This document shows positions 12,422 to 24,817 of a stretch of 64,000 nt of DNA, in pieces. The notes beneath the pieces are model-generated. The model worked only from the letters and a program-made list of their open reading frames with translations. It was not told where the DNA came from and did not search any database. The stretch's first letter is position 1. Every line of letters begins with the position of its first letter. The stretch spans positions 362,452,001-362,516,000 of the forward strand of contig OZ024740.1 of the NCBI GenBank assembly GCA_964016885.1. The letters run 5' to 3'. The DNA comes from Eledone cirrhosa. Its lineage: Eukaryota. A program made the translations under genes and the position numbers.

Positions 12422-15400
12422 ATCATCATCATCATCATCACTGTTTTACGTCCGTTCTTCCACGCTAGCATGGGTTAGACGGGTTGTCCTGTTGTGAGCA
12501 GTGTCTGGTCGGCTGACCATACCTTGCTCATACAGGAACTGATCTGGCTTGATTTCTACAGCTGGATGCCCTTCCTAACACCAACCTCATTTACAGTGAG
12601 TGCTGGGTGCTTTTTCGTGGCGCCTACACATCCACTTTACAGTGTAGGCTGGGTGCTTTTTTGCCGTGGCACCTCCACGACCACCTTGCGGTGGGGAGTG
12701 TGGGGGCATATTGTCTATATGCTTCAGCTTGTACCCATGGGAGGTCGGGTACCCTGTATTACTGCGTGACGCCAGAAGTCACGGTCGTGTGTCATTGTCT
12801 TTGAGAGGTGTAATTGGGTAAGGTTGGCTTTTATCACCTCATCCCAGGTCATCTTGGGTCTCCCCACTCCGCGGTTTCCATCGACTTCTAGTGCTCTGCA
12901 CCTTTTTATGCAGCTGTCATCCTTCATATGCATCACATGTCCATACCAGCGCAACCGCCTCTCCTGCACACAGCATTTGATTCCTCTTATGCTCAGTCTC
13001 TCTCTCAATTCATTTATGCTTTGTCGTTCATGTATATTACTGTTACACATCCATCGGAGCATGCAGGCTTCGTTTCTCTCTAATCTACGTAAGTCTTCCA
13101 CCTTCAGCGCCCAGGTCTCACTACCATGCAATATCGCTGTTCGGATACACGCATCATACAGTCTGCCTTTCATTCTGAGGGAGAAGCCTTTTGCAGCTAG
13201 CAGTGGTAGTAGTTCCCTAAACTTCTTCCATCCCGTTCTTACCCTAGTTATTGTACTTTCTGAACACCCACCTCCGTTGCTAATTCGGTCACCTAGGTAG
13301 CAGAAGCTGTCTACTGTTTCTACAGGTCCCTCCCAGAGATTGGTGGTACTTGTTTCCTGTGGCTGTTTGCTGCCTGCTGTCTCAGTACAGCTGCTGCATG
13401 TGAATCCTACATTCTTAATTAAGCTTCCTGAGATCCCGCTACATCTCTTGTGTACCCATTGTTTGCATTTGGGGCAGAGAATGGAGTTCCTACCTACACC
13501 TTTCCTACATACTGAGCAAGGCCATTTCCCTGAGGGGATCTGGGTTCTGTTTTCTCGTCTACTTACAAGGACCTTAGTCTTTGTCATGTTGACTTTGAGA
13601 CCCTTTCTTTCTAGTCCCTGCTTCCAAGTTTGGAATTTATTCTCTAGTTCTACCATAGATTCAGCTATGAGTGCGAGGTCATCAGCATACAGGAGTTCCC
13701 ATGGGTATCCGGTCTTAAACTCCTCCGTTATTGCCTACAGGACTATGATGAACAGGAGAGGGCTAAGAACAGAGCCCTGGTGGACCCCAACCTGTACGCT
13801 AAATTCCTCGCTTTACTCATTGCTAATCCTAACTTTGCTGACTGCTCCCCTATACATGGCTTGTACCACTTTCACAAGCCATTCATCTACTCCTAGTTTT
13901 CTAAGAGCCCACCAGATTACAGCACATGGAACTCTGTCAAAGGCTTTCTCAGGGTGGACAAATGCCAAGTAGAGTGGCTTACTTTTAGCTAGGTACTTTT
14001 CCTGTAATTGCCTCACAAGGAAGAGGGCATCGGTCGTGCCTCTTCCTGGTACAAACCCAAATTGCATCTCGTCTATTTTCACCCGGTCCCTAATCAGCTG
14101 TGCTATAACTCTTTCTGTTACTTTCATGACCTGGTCCATCAACTTTATCCCTCTATAGTTTCCTCTATCTAGTGCATCGCCTTTACCTTTGTAGCAGTTG
14201 ACAATGATGCTACTGCACCAATCTTTTGGTATGGCACCTTCTAGTATTACCTGGTTAACGATACGTGTGGTTATAGTGTGACCTACAGACCCAGATGCCT
14301 TCAGCATCTCGGCAGCTATACCCGATGGACCGGTTGCCTTCCCCATCTTCATATCTTTGATTGCCTTACTTACTACGCTGCTGCTGACTTGTACTGCTGG
14401 TCCCTTTTTAGGAACTCCCAGTTCTCTTCTACATTAAATGTCTCTATCTGTTCTTCTTTACTGTCGTAGGCGTTGAGTAAAATATCTTTAAATCTGTTAC
14501 TGGTTGAGGGGACTTTCAGCTTCCAGATCTTTCTTCTCCAGGTTGGCCTCTGTTTCCTGGTTCGTCTAGTTCTGACCGTGAGGTCGCTGACAACTAAGCT
14601 ATGTTGGGATGTACATTCCTCACTAGAGAAGGCTTTTGTGTTTACGACCGTCCATCTGTCACGTCCTCTGATGAGGGTAAAATCTAACTGACTAGAGTGT
14701 TCCCCTGATCTATAGGTGATCAGGTGGTTGTCGGGTTTTTTAAAGTTTGTGTTACATATCGACATGTCATTGGCGTCGCAGAATTCTAGAAGTCTGAATC
14801 CTTCCTCATTCCTTGTGCCAACCCCATGGCCTCCATGCACTCTATTGAAGCCGTCGCAGTGTTTACCTACGTGTCCGTTAAAATCTCCTGCGATGATTAG
14901 GAAGTCATTGTCGTCTGTTAGAGCAGTAGTGTGCATTAGGGACTCGTAAAACCTATCCTTAAGTTCGTCTGGCAGCCCCGATTGGGGTGCGTAAGCTGAT
15001 ATTATTGTGGTAATTGTTTTGTTCAGGACTAGTCTGAGTTTAATGATTCTTGCATTTACCCTGTACACTGAGATTACTTTATCTACCCACTTGTCAGCTA
15101 ATAGTATACCTACACCACCCATCCCATCGTCATTTCCCACCCAGAAAAATTTGTAGCACCGACTTTTTCCTACGAGGACTCTGGCAGACTCTCCTCTCCA
15201 TCTAGTCTCTTGCACACAACATACATCAATTTCCTTTCGCTCTAGCATTTCTATGATTTCTCCTGCTTTTCCTTTCATTGAGCCTACATTGATGGTACCA
15301 ACTCGGAGTTTTGGGCATTTGTCGACACTCGTAGGGGAGGGTCTCTGGGTTGGCGCTTCACGTGGGTGCTTGGTAGCTCGCAGATTCATATTTCATCTAT

Positions 15401-15800
15401 TGATTCAGAGTTGCTCAAATTTATTCTCAGCTCATCCATCCATAACGGTGGCAAAATTGAGGGCTAGAAGAACAGTGGTGGTGGGATAATGGCAGGGTGT
15501 GTTGGGCTGCGACAGAGGAGGAGAGAGTTAGTTAGGTAGTAGTAGCAGCAGCCGTGGAAATGGCATGCTGAGGTTTGATTGGTCGAATAGGCTATGGTGG
15601 TGTCTTAGGGAGATTGTGAGGTAGGCACTGAGGGTCACATGGTAAATAACCAAGAGAGATACGATAGAATTAGAATACCGCATGGTAAATATCCGAAGTT
15701 AATACAGCAGAAAAACAGCAGTAATATTAACAATAATAACGTCATAAAAACTAAGATACCTTCGAAAAATGGATGGATATATAGAGTAATGTAAATTCTA
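12422..15800 (-). mobile_element. Near-full-length RTE-clade LINE with 3' UTR and (GAT)n tail
   Basis: APE + RT + PHD-like insertion ORF pieces; (CAT)n at 12422-12440 is the tail; 5' boundary approximate. Confidence 0.93.
12724..15389 (-). pseudogene. Disrupted RTE ORF: apurinic endonuclease (14373-15389), RT (13813-14352, 12724-13800) with PHD-like finger
   Basis: GTINVGSM, CCVQETRW, SAYAPQ, AGDFNGH, QGSVLSPLLF, LLYADDL, CSVC..C..C..WVHKRC...CSSC; internal deletion after the endonuclease and in-frame stops near 13813 and 13737. Confidence 0.93.
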
Positions 15801-15854
15801 AAGAGTTAATATCATATAACAAATATGTAAGATTAAATAGAAGTACATACATAC

Positions 15855-16545
15855 ATCATCATCATCATCGTTTAACGTCTATCTTCCATGCTAGCATGGG
15901 TTTAGATTCGAATTGTCCTACTTGAGGCAAGATTGGTCGGGTAACCATGTCTTGCCCGTATAGGACTGTCTGGCAGGTTTTCTATGGCTGGATGCCCTTC
16001 CTAACACCAACCACGTTTACAGTGTTTTTATCGTGTTACCTACATGGCCACATTACAGCGTGAACTGTGTGTTCTTTGTCGTGACACCTACACGACCTCA
16101 TTTATTTTGGACTGGATGTGGTACCAACCTAACTTTACGGAGAAAGGGTGGTGTTGGTGGGAGTGTGGGGTGGGGAGTAGGGGTAGTGGGATGGGGACTG
16201 TAGGTTTCGCTTTGTACTTAGGCAAGGCGGATCTTCTGTATTAGTGCATAGTGCTAAAGATCTCGGTCCAGTGACATTGTCTTAGCGAGGTGTAAGTGTG
16301 AAAGGTCGGAATTTATCAAATCGTCCCAGGTTTTTCTGGGTCTACCTACTCCGTAACTTCCATCAATTTTGATCGCCCTGCACTTTTTTTATACAGCTGT
16401 CATCTTTCATGCACATCACATGACCATACCAGCATAGTCTTCTCTCGAGTAAACAGCATCTGATCCCTCTTATTCCTAATTTCTCACTTAGTTCATTTAT
16501 GCTTTGCCGTTCACGTATATTACTATTACACATCCAGCGGAGCAT
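15855..16545 (-). mobile_element. RTE LINE 3' fragment (same subfamily as 34925-35890)
   Basis: MLRWMCNSNIRERQSINELSEKLGIRGI; 3' UTR and GAT tail. Confidence 0.88.
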
Positions 16546-17034
16546 CAATTTATTATTGCTAGGAAACTTATAAACATAATACACAAAATATATAATCAAA
16601 GTGAGAAAAAAGAACAGCACCGACAGGGGAGGGTGGGTTTGCCCATTAATTGAATGGATTATTTTAGTTAATCAAGGTTTTTCAACTCTCAATAAAACGT
16701 ATTTGTAACTTGAATCATATCCGAGAGCTAGACAAGCATGGTATTTTCTTTATTTTAAATTACAGTGACTGGTATAAGGTTTACCAGGGTTTGTGGTGTG
16801 GTGGTATGGTGTTGGAAGCTTTTGCAAAATAAATAAATGTGACTTCAGGTCTTCACTAGGCCTTGGTGTTTGGTGGGGTTGTGAGTGGGAAGGACTTGAG
16901 AACATTCTGGGTGGACAATCTAATTCACAATAATTTTAAGGTTTGGTTTCAGAATAAATAATCTCCACTGTTTCAATGTCCTCAGTTTGCTCAGGGAGTT
17001 CTCTCAATTTGGATTCAATAGTATCTGCATATCT

Positions 17035-17880
17035 GGTCCTGACTTCCTTATCCACCAATGTACATTATTCTGCAGGTCAACCTGGACCTACTAGTTTTGT
17101 GGGCTTCTTTGTCTTTAGGTGGTCTTGAGTTGCAGTTAACTAGATGGTGATCAGTTGACAGCTCAGCTCCTCTCTTAACATGAACATCCAGCACAGAATC
17201 AAAGAGATCAGAGACAATAACAAAATCAATTATTGATCTCGGATTCCCCTTATACCGCGTATATTTATGGATGTCTCTGTGCTGGAAGAAGATGTTCATA
17301 AGAGAGTCCATTGCTAGAACAGAAGTCTAATAAGGCCTTTCCATTCGTATTTAGATTGGGGTCACCATTCCTTCCAATCACTCCTTTCCATATCAGGTAG
17401 TCAGTGCATTGAAGTCTCCCATCAGGATTTATGACTCAGTCTTAACTATTACATCTAATGTTGCAGTGGCTTCATCAAAGAAAGATCTGTATTCAAACTC
17501 CTTGTTTGGTGCATAAACTTGCACCACCCACAGAGACCTATTTTTCAGCCTAAGCTTCAAGAAGCAAATCCTCCCTCCTAATAGGATCCAGCCCATAACA
17601 CATTCTAATAGCTGGGGGCTTGTAAGTGTCCCCCACTCCCACCTGTACAGTCATTTCTGGTGCCATGCCTGAATAGTGGAGTTTCCATCCTCCATCGAAA
17701 TCTACAGTTCCAGAGCCATGGAACTTTGTTGAGGAAACCTTGACTATATCTAGCTGGTAGCATCTAGCCTCCTCCACTAGTTCCTGCTCCTTACCTGCAA
17801 GGGTTATGATGTTCTAATTATCAAGGTTTGCTCCCTTCCAAACCCTCTTTGGGTTCTCAGGATATACAATTTTTGTGCAT
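17035..17880 (-). mobile_element. Second RTE family, endonuclease part
   Basis: EEARCYQLDIV, VQVYAPN, MGDFNA, SIIDFVIVS...DVHVKRGAELSTDHHLV. Confidence 0.85.
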
Positions 17881-18187
17881 CCATCCCACGTCTCCTAAGA
17901 CAAGTCTCAGGCGCATCACCAGTTTTTGCGGAATGAAATGGAGACTATAATATATTTTTCAAACAGGCCCATCTACCTAAGGCCTGAACACATCCCTTGT
18001 TAACCCACATGAGGGATGATGCAGTATGGTTCTTTTTCGTACCTTTCACCATATTGGAGTTTTGGTGGTCTTATTCATGCTGGTCACCAATCTGGTACTT
18101 TCTCAAACCCTCAAAGACTAGATCTTTTTAGAAGCCAACTTTACTCGCCTCATCATAGCTACATCATTGGTTTGTAAAAGTTTTCTT

Positions 18188-18475
18188 GAGAGCTACAGGT
18201 GTCAACTATTGTTCCATCTCCCCTAGTAATTTACCACTGTTGCTTATTCATCTGGCAGCTTCCCACTTATATCACAACTAACCATCATATTTGGTGACCT
18301 TATCGCTATCCGCCACCTGCAACCCTGAGAGCTACAGGTGTCATCCATTGCTCTATCTCCACTAATACTTTACCCTTTTTGGTCTGGGGTTGTCTATTTC
18401 TCTGGCAGCTGCATGTTTATATTGCAACTAGCCATCATGTCTGGTGGCTGTATCGCAATCCACCACCTGTGACTG
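18188..18475. repeat. Direct repeat, ~140 bp x2
   Basis: Both copies start TGAGAGCTACAGGTGTCA (18188, 18327) and share TCTGGCAGCT...CCATCAT...TATCGC...CCACCTG. Confidence 0.8.
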
Positions 18476-18479
18476 TTCT

Positions 18480-19050
18480 CTAGCAGAACAGTTCATGAGT
18501 GATGGAATGCAGGAAACTAAATTAAGTGCAAGAATTGCATTAGCTGGTACAGTAATGCACTAGCTTCAGCATTTGATAATCAGAAGGGAAGTAGGCGTAA
18601 AAACCAAACTCACTATCTTCAATTTGGTATTCATGCTAGCTTTACCTATGGTCATGAATCTTGGGTAATGATCAAAAGAATACGATCGCAAATACAATTG
18701 GCTGAAATGGGGTTCCTCTGAAGGATCTCTGGAGTAACGTTACTCGATAGAGTGCATAGCTTGGAGATCAGAGAGCTACTTCTATAAATTGAGAGATCAC
18801 AGCTCCGATACTATGGGCATGTGGTTAGAATGTCTCAGGAAAGAATCGCTGGACAGATTTTATGGGCAAAACCAGCTGACAGGAGACCCAGGCGTAGACC
18901 CCAAGCAAGATGGTTGGAAAACATTCATGAGCTTGGCAGATCTCACTTGGAGATTCAGTTGGAGATGGTTGCTTCTTAGAGGACCTGTTGGAAGGAGTGT
19001 TTGAAGATTCTGTCCCCACGAACCTCTCAGGAATAAGTGGGTGAAGAAGA
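18480..19050 (+). mobile_element. RTE RT C-terminal fragment
   Basis: TYGHESWVMIKRIRSQIQLAEMGFL, RPRRRPQARW; ends GAAGAAGA. Confidence 0.85.
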
Positions 19051-19694
19051 TTTCAGAATAAGCATATACCTATACATTTTTCTAAATCTGAGGACGCACC
19101 ATTGAAAAGTAACCCTCCCCACCACCTCCTTGGTGACGGGCTCAGGTTGATATAAGAGAAAATTGCTTTTATGTTATTTTTTTTTTTAGTAACGTGAATG
19201 GGTGGGTTGCTTTATGGTTAAGGGTGTGTGGTTCAGGATCATAAAATCTTTAGGGTATAATGCATTCTGATTTATATACAATATTTATATAACTGAACAA
19301 AAATATTTCAATATATTTTCATAAGCAATATTTCTCTTTTCACGTTGTTACTGTCCACTCATCCGAAAAAAAAAAAAAATTAATTGTACCTGTATTTCTC
19401 AGGGCCAGCTTTGCCACACGCTACTTGAACAACTAGAACACTTGTCACCGAAACCGACAGAAATCCAACAATAACAACTACAAATAATATTCCTCATAAT
19501 AGCTTAGAGAAGAAAAGAAAAATATTGATTATGAAAATATATTGATATATATACATATTTTATTCAGCTATAAATCAATGTGTTATACCGTAAAGAATAA
19601 ACTAAAATATATAGATTTTATAACGTAGATATGTTAAAATAGTCAATATTGAATAATCGATTGTAATGTTTATATAATGTTGCATGGAAAATAA

Positions 19695-20030
19695 AGGTGG
19701 CGAATTAGCAGAGTCGTTTGAACGTCGGATAGAATACTTTGTGGTATTCATTTCAGTTCTTTGAGTTCAAATCCCGCCCCGGCCAACTTTGCCTTTCTTT
19801 CATCCATTTAAAGACGATAAAAAACGTACCAGTCTAGTACTGAGGTTGATTCTTCCACTATTGCTCTTTCTCACTTCCATTCTCTTCCTCTCTATCCTTC
19901 TCTGGTAGAAATCTGCTGTGTTCAGACTTGGAAAAGAGGTGAACTCCACCAGTTTAAACAAAAAAAATGCCCAAGAAACGCCTCATGTCAATACGGTGCC
20001 TCTACGACTCCCTCGGGAATTACGAGTCCA
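19695..20030 (+). mobile_element. Older tRNA-derived SINE
   Basis: GGTGGCGAATTAGCAGAG...GAGTTCAAATCCCGCC...CTTTGCCTTTC; the 3' part recurs at 56620-56895. Confidence 0.7.
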
Positions 20031-20032
20031 TT

Positions 20033-20188
20033 CAGAGTGGGATTTACGTATAAGCTAAACAAGCTATAGCTTAGGGCCCCCACACAAAAAACAGCGACAA
20101 TTTGTCGCTGACATAGGACATCTGGACATATAAAGGGCCCCATTATCTCAAATAGCTTAGGGCCTCATCAAATCTAAATCCGGCCCTG
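20033..20188. mobile_element. hAT-type MITE
   Basis: TIRs CAGAGTGGGATTTA / TAAATCCGGCCCTG; 8-bp TSD AGTCCATT at 20025-20032 and 20189-20196. Confidence 0.85.
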
Positions 20189-20193
20189 AGTCC

Positions 20194-20265
20194 ATTCTTC
20201 TCTAAGAGTATTTATTTTCCAGAGTCCATATATACATTGGAAAATAAATACTCTTAGAGAAGAAT
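20194..20265. repeat. Perfect 28-bp inverted repeat, 16-nt loop
   Basis: ATTCTTCTCTAAGAGTATTTATTTTCCA / TGGAAAATAAATACTCTTAGAGAAGAAT. Confidence 0.95.
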
Positions 20266-20399
20266 ATGATTAATTAAGTTCATTCTACGACCGGGCAATT
20301 AAACTATATATATATATCATCAATAAGTGTGTAGAATGGACTTTGGTTGAGATATATGTTTTTTTGTTGTTGTTATTTTTGGACTTTGTCAAACTTAAA

Positions 20400-20517
20400 T
20401 GGTCGTTTTCTTTCGTTAACAGCTAGCCTCCTCTTTCGTCTGCACCCACCCGAGACGTGACATACAGAGGCGACATCTCGCGGAGAAGTCACAGCTGTCA
20501 ACAAGTAGTAGTAGTTA
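20400..20517 (+). promoter_or_regulatory. Putative housekeeping-type promoter
   Basis: Local CpG enrichment in apparently unique sequence; GCGACATCT and E-box CAGCTG motifs; followed by CTTTTTCC start-like tract and a strong donor. Confidence 0.5.
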
Positions 20518-20620
20518 CTTTTTCCACGCTGAATGTCGTCTTTTTTACTCGAAGTTTGTTGTTATGGAACTTTTTTCTTTTCTTTTTAAACTAAAGTGGA
20601 ACATTTAAACTATACCCAAA
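20518..20620 (+). other. Putative non-coding first exon (5'TOP-like start)
   Basis: CTTTTTCC at 20518; AAA|GTAAGT donor at 20621; both ATGs hit stops inside the exon; strong acceptor (pyrimidine tract, TGTAG) at 21069. Confidence 0.5.
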
Positions 20621-21331
20621 GTAAGTTGTTACTTTCAAACATTTACTTTTCTTTTTATCTATGTTAAAAAAAAACCCACCACTTATCTTTTATTATGATG
20701 TTATTAACCCACAAAACAATTAGGGGCTCCTTGCTGAAACATTCACTGGGTCCTTATGTGTTATTTATGATAGCAAAAATATTAAATTGGCCCTTTAAAT
20801 ATTGTGGGACGCCTCGCTACAGCTAAGTCCGGCCTCTCCCCCATAATCTGCCACTGCCCACAACCCGTAATACCCAGAAAGTTATTTTATTTTTTTTATT
20901 AATTAATTAAAACAAATTCGTAAGGATAAAAACTTTCATTCTTTTGTAAATCGGGTTTCGAAAGTAGATAAAAAGTTTTGATAAGTTTTCTCAGTAAATC
21001 GAATGAACAGAGTTTTCAATGAATTTGTATTCGTTTCTTCTCCCATTTTTCTTTCTATCGTTGCTGTAGGCATATCTTTGTTGTCAGAGTGGCAGAAATG
21101 TCAGCAGATATACTAACTTCTGTCATGCTATAACTTCAGGCTAAATAACTGACTCCGGCTTCACTATTTCACTTGTCATATTGCTTCATTGTTTATTTTT
21201 ACAAAGGAAGCACGCGTACATTTTAAATTTGTATTATTTCATTTATAACTTGCCCTTTCTTTTTAAAACAAGTTATTTACTTAATCGATATTTTCTTATC
21301 AGAATGCACACACACACATATATATATATAA

Positions 21332-21379
21332 CAGGTTGAATGAGTTGGGGTGCATAACCCAACGAAACGTAAGTACCTG
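21332..21379 (+). ncRNA. Variant minimal type I hammerhead ribozyme
   Basis: CAGG-TTGAATGA-GTTGGG(gtgcataa)CCCAAC-GAAA-C(GTAA)G-TA-CCTG; core deviates from CUGANGA (U3 plus one extra nt). Confidence 0.6.
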
Positions 21380-21413
21380 AATATGTCACAATTGTAACTA
21401 ATTATCTCTCTCT

Positions 21414-21417
<4 letters not shown>

Positions 21418-21488
<71 letters not shown>

Positions 21489-21490
21489 CA
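21418..21490. repeat. (TA)n(GA)n microsatellite
   Basis: Directly visible. Confidence 0.98.
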
Positions 21491-22158
21491 CCACTAATCA
21501 CGAGGGTACTCAGTGCACGAGGGAGATGCAGAGTGGGTATAGAGGTAGGTAACATTCCAACTACGGCCTGGCACCGCGGCCAGGATTTTTACACACACAC
21601 CAGACCACACACACTTTCCCAGAGTGGGATGAAAAAAGACTACAGTTAAGGAAAGTACTCAATACATTAAATAAAGAAGGTACATTATCTATTTCAGATA
21701 GAAATTACTTCTATAGGATTAGAAAAGTTTCATATTTTGAGTTAAGATTCTATTGGTTTTTCCCCGGATTACACAAAATCTGTGAATTAAATTTCTGGTC
21801 TTGACTCGTTTTGAATTGGGATTAAATTATTTTCCCATATCTTACGTTAAATATTTTTCATCTTGACGTAATAGTCACTTATATGTCTGAATTACTGTTG
21901 GCTTCTTGCTTACATTAATTTCTCTATTTTCGTTTATATAGTTACATATGTGTATAGATAGGGAAAAGTTAGAATTGTCTCGCATGTAATACCCCCCCCC
22001 CCCATTTCTATCAATCTATCTACGTTTATTTTATATATCCGTTTGATGGACTAATTATGTCACTTTCTTTTTCACTATTTCTCCCCCTCACCCCCTCTGT
22101 TTATTTCCTTGTACTGTGTTTACACATGGATTGTTGATATGTGACTTATGGTACTCTA

Positions 22159-23097
22159 TGTATAGTATGTATGTGTGTATGTATATATAGTATGTATGTG
22201 TGTATGTATGTATAGTATATATGTGTGTATGTATGTATAGTATATATGTGTGTATGTATATATAGTATGTGTGTATGTATATATAGTATGTGTGTATGTA
22301 TATATAGTATGTATGTGTGTATGTATATATAGTATGTATGTGTGTATGTATATATAGTATATATGTGTGTATGTATATATAGTATATATGTGTGTATGTA
22401 TATATAGTATATATGTGTGTATGTATATATAGTATATATGTGTGTATGTATATATAGTATATATGTGTGTATGTATATATAGTATATATGTGTGTATGTA
22501 TATATAGTATATATGTGTGTATGTATATATAGTATATATGTGTGTATGTATATATAGTATATATGTGTGTATGTATATATAGTATATATGTGTGTATGTA
22601 TATATAGTATATATGTGTGTATGTATATATAGTATATATGTGTGTATGTATATATAGTATATATGTGTGTATGTATATATAGTATATATGTGTATGTATA
22701 TATAGTATATATGTGTGTATGTATATATAGTATATATGTGTGTATGTATATATAGTATATATGTGTGTATGTATGTATAGTATATATGTGTATGTATAGT
22801 ATGTGTGTATGTATGTATAGTATGTGTGTATGTATGTATAGTATATATGTGTATGTATGTATAGTATATATGTGTATGTATGTATAGTATATATGTGTAT
22901 GTATGTATAGTATATATGTGTATGTATAGTATATATGTGTATGTATGTATAGTATATATGTGTATGTATGTATAGTATATATGTGTATGTATGTATAGTA
23001 TATATGTGTATGTATGTATAGTATATGTGTGTGTGTGTATGTATAGTATATGTGTGTGTGTGTATGTATAGTATATGTGTGTGTGTATGTATAGTAT
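22159..23097. repeat. Minisatellite, ~24-bp unit TATAGTATATATGTGTGTATGTATA-like, ~40 copies
   Basis: Directly visible; homogeneous centre, drifting edges. Confidence 0.98.
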
Positions 23098-23159
23098 AAA
23101 ACCTGCGGCTCAGTAGTTACTGATGATGTTGATCTTTTCTTCTTTTCGGGTTATAGCTA

Positions 23160-23315
23160 CTGTCCCTCAGAGAGTGGGATTGGCTCAGTGCACAGTCTTT
23201 CCTCACTTTAAAAAATATCTTCATGCACAAGCATTGCACGATAGAATTAGTTAATTATTAATAATGGTATATCGTCCAATGGCCATACTCGATAACGAGG
23301 GGGCAGCCATCATGT
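23160..23315 (+). mobile_element. RTE-type 3' end with terminal stem-loop
   Basis: ATGGCCATACTCGATAACGAGGGGGCAGCCATCAT shared with 4629-4663. Confidence 0.55.
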
Positions 23316-24162
23316 ATAGTATATATGTGTGTATGTGTGTATGTATGTATGGGTTGACAAAATTAGTGTACCTAACAACCTGTTGAAAGATTTATGAAAA
23401 TAATTAAGAATTTGGCAGGCTTCCATACAGTTTCTGTCTACCTAATTCACTTACAGTGCTTGGGACAACCTGGGGCTATAGTAAATGACACTTGCCTAAG
23501 ATGACATGTAGTGAGATTGAATCTGAGACCTCATAATTTCAAAGCAAACTTCTAAGGCCTTTATCCATGATGTATTCATGCAAGAATGGATATTTCATTA
23601 TAACCCCAAATATTTTTAATAAGTAAATAAAAAATATATTGAGTTTGCAGTTTAATGAAATGTTCATCCAAGGGCATCCAGCTGTAGAAACCAGGCCAAA
23701 ATATGGAATGTATGAACAATATGTGGCAACATGATTGATCTAACCTTAGAATGAGATAAACTCATCTAACTTATGGAAGCATGGAAAATAGACGTTAAAT
23801 GGTGATGTTGATAATGATTTTCCAACTATTCGGCAATATTAGCCCATATATCTTATCTCTAATCCTAAATCTAATCAAGCCTGAAGCGCTAAGCAATAAC
23901 ACACATCATAAATTGTATTACATTTCATCAAATCATGACTCTTTAGCACATATTCAAAAGCCAAAATGAATTGGACAGTCAACTATTCGTTTAGAAATGT
24001 CTTTCATTTTATACTATAAAGCCAACGTTCCAAAGTTAGGGAATCTTTAACTGGCTTCAGTAATTAGTCCATGGCCATGCGACAACATGTAGTGTTGTAC
24101 TTATTTTATTACTCTCGTTTTTCAACCGCTAAGTTACAGGACATAAATACAAACACAAATGG

Positions 24163-24164
<2 letters not shown>

Positions 24165-24252
<88 letters not shown>
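24165..24252. repeat. (GT)n microsatellite ending in a short (GC)n run
   Basis: Directly visible. Confidence 0.98.
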
Positions 24253-24712
24253 ATCTATGTATATGTATGTGTGTATTTATGTGTATGCGATGGGTTTATT
24301 CAGTTACTCTCAACCAAATTCTGTTCACAAGGCATTGGTCAACTTGAGAGTATAGTAAATTACTCTTGCCCGAGATACAATGTAACTGAACCAAGTAGCT
24401 GTGAAGCAAACACCTTAACCACACTACTATGTCTGCTACTATATTTATATTTTATTGATTATCAATGATCATTTACATTTTATCACTCCAAGTTATTATA
24501 ACTATTTCACAGTCACTTTGTTTTATTTTACTTAATTGTTTTTCATTTTTTTCTTTGTTTTAAAATCGATTTTTATCTATGTAAACTTGAATAGAGTAGA
24601 TCTGTTATACTAACCGAATTAACTTCAATACACACATATTACTTACTTTCCCAGTCAAAGTTTATTTGTTACGTTTTACTTATTCTAAGAAAATACTGGT
24701 TGGAATCAATAT

Positions 24713-24817
24713 ATAGGGTGTCCCCAAAAATGTATACACACTTCAACAACATTCTAATAAATATTGCCTGTACAGGTAATCAAAGCGTGTATGTTGTTTT
24801 GGGGGGACACCCTGTAT
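24713..24817. mobile_element. Tc1/mariner-type MITE
   Basis: TA-flanked TIRs TAGGGTGTCCCC / GGGGACACCCTGTA. Confidence 0.75.

Noticed and set aside
12824-15489. Long plus-strand ORFs (up to 210 aa)
   Set aside because: Antisense shadows of the RTE ORF
15390-15800. Possible HDV-like ribozyme in the RTE 5' UTR
   Set aside because: No nested double-pseudoknot pairing could be identified by eye
22159-23097. Regular 24-bp array superficially like CRISPR
   Set aside because: No unique spacers and a eukaryotic context; simple minisatellite
23111-23162. CAGTAGTTA-CTGATGA...TTA-TAGCTACTG hammerhead-like stem I and core
   Set aside because: No GAAA and no stem II; at most a deleted relic or coincidence
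24071-24468. ORFs rich in CV/VC (and YI-rich ORFs elsewhere)
   Set aside because: Translations of microsatellites
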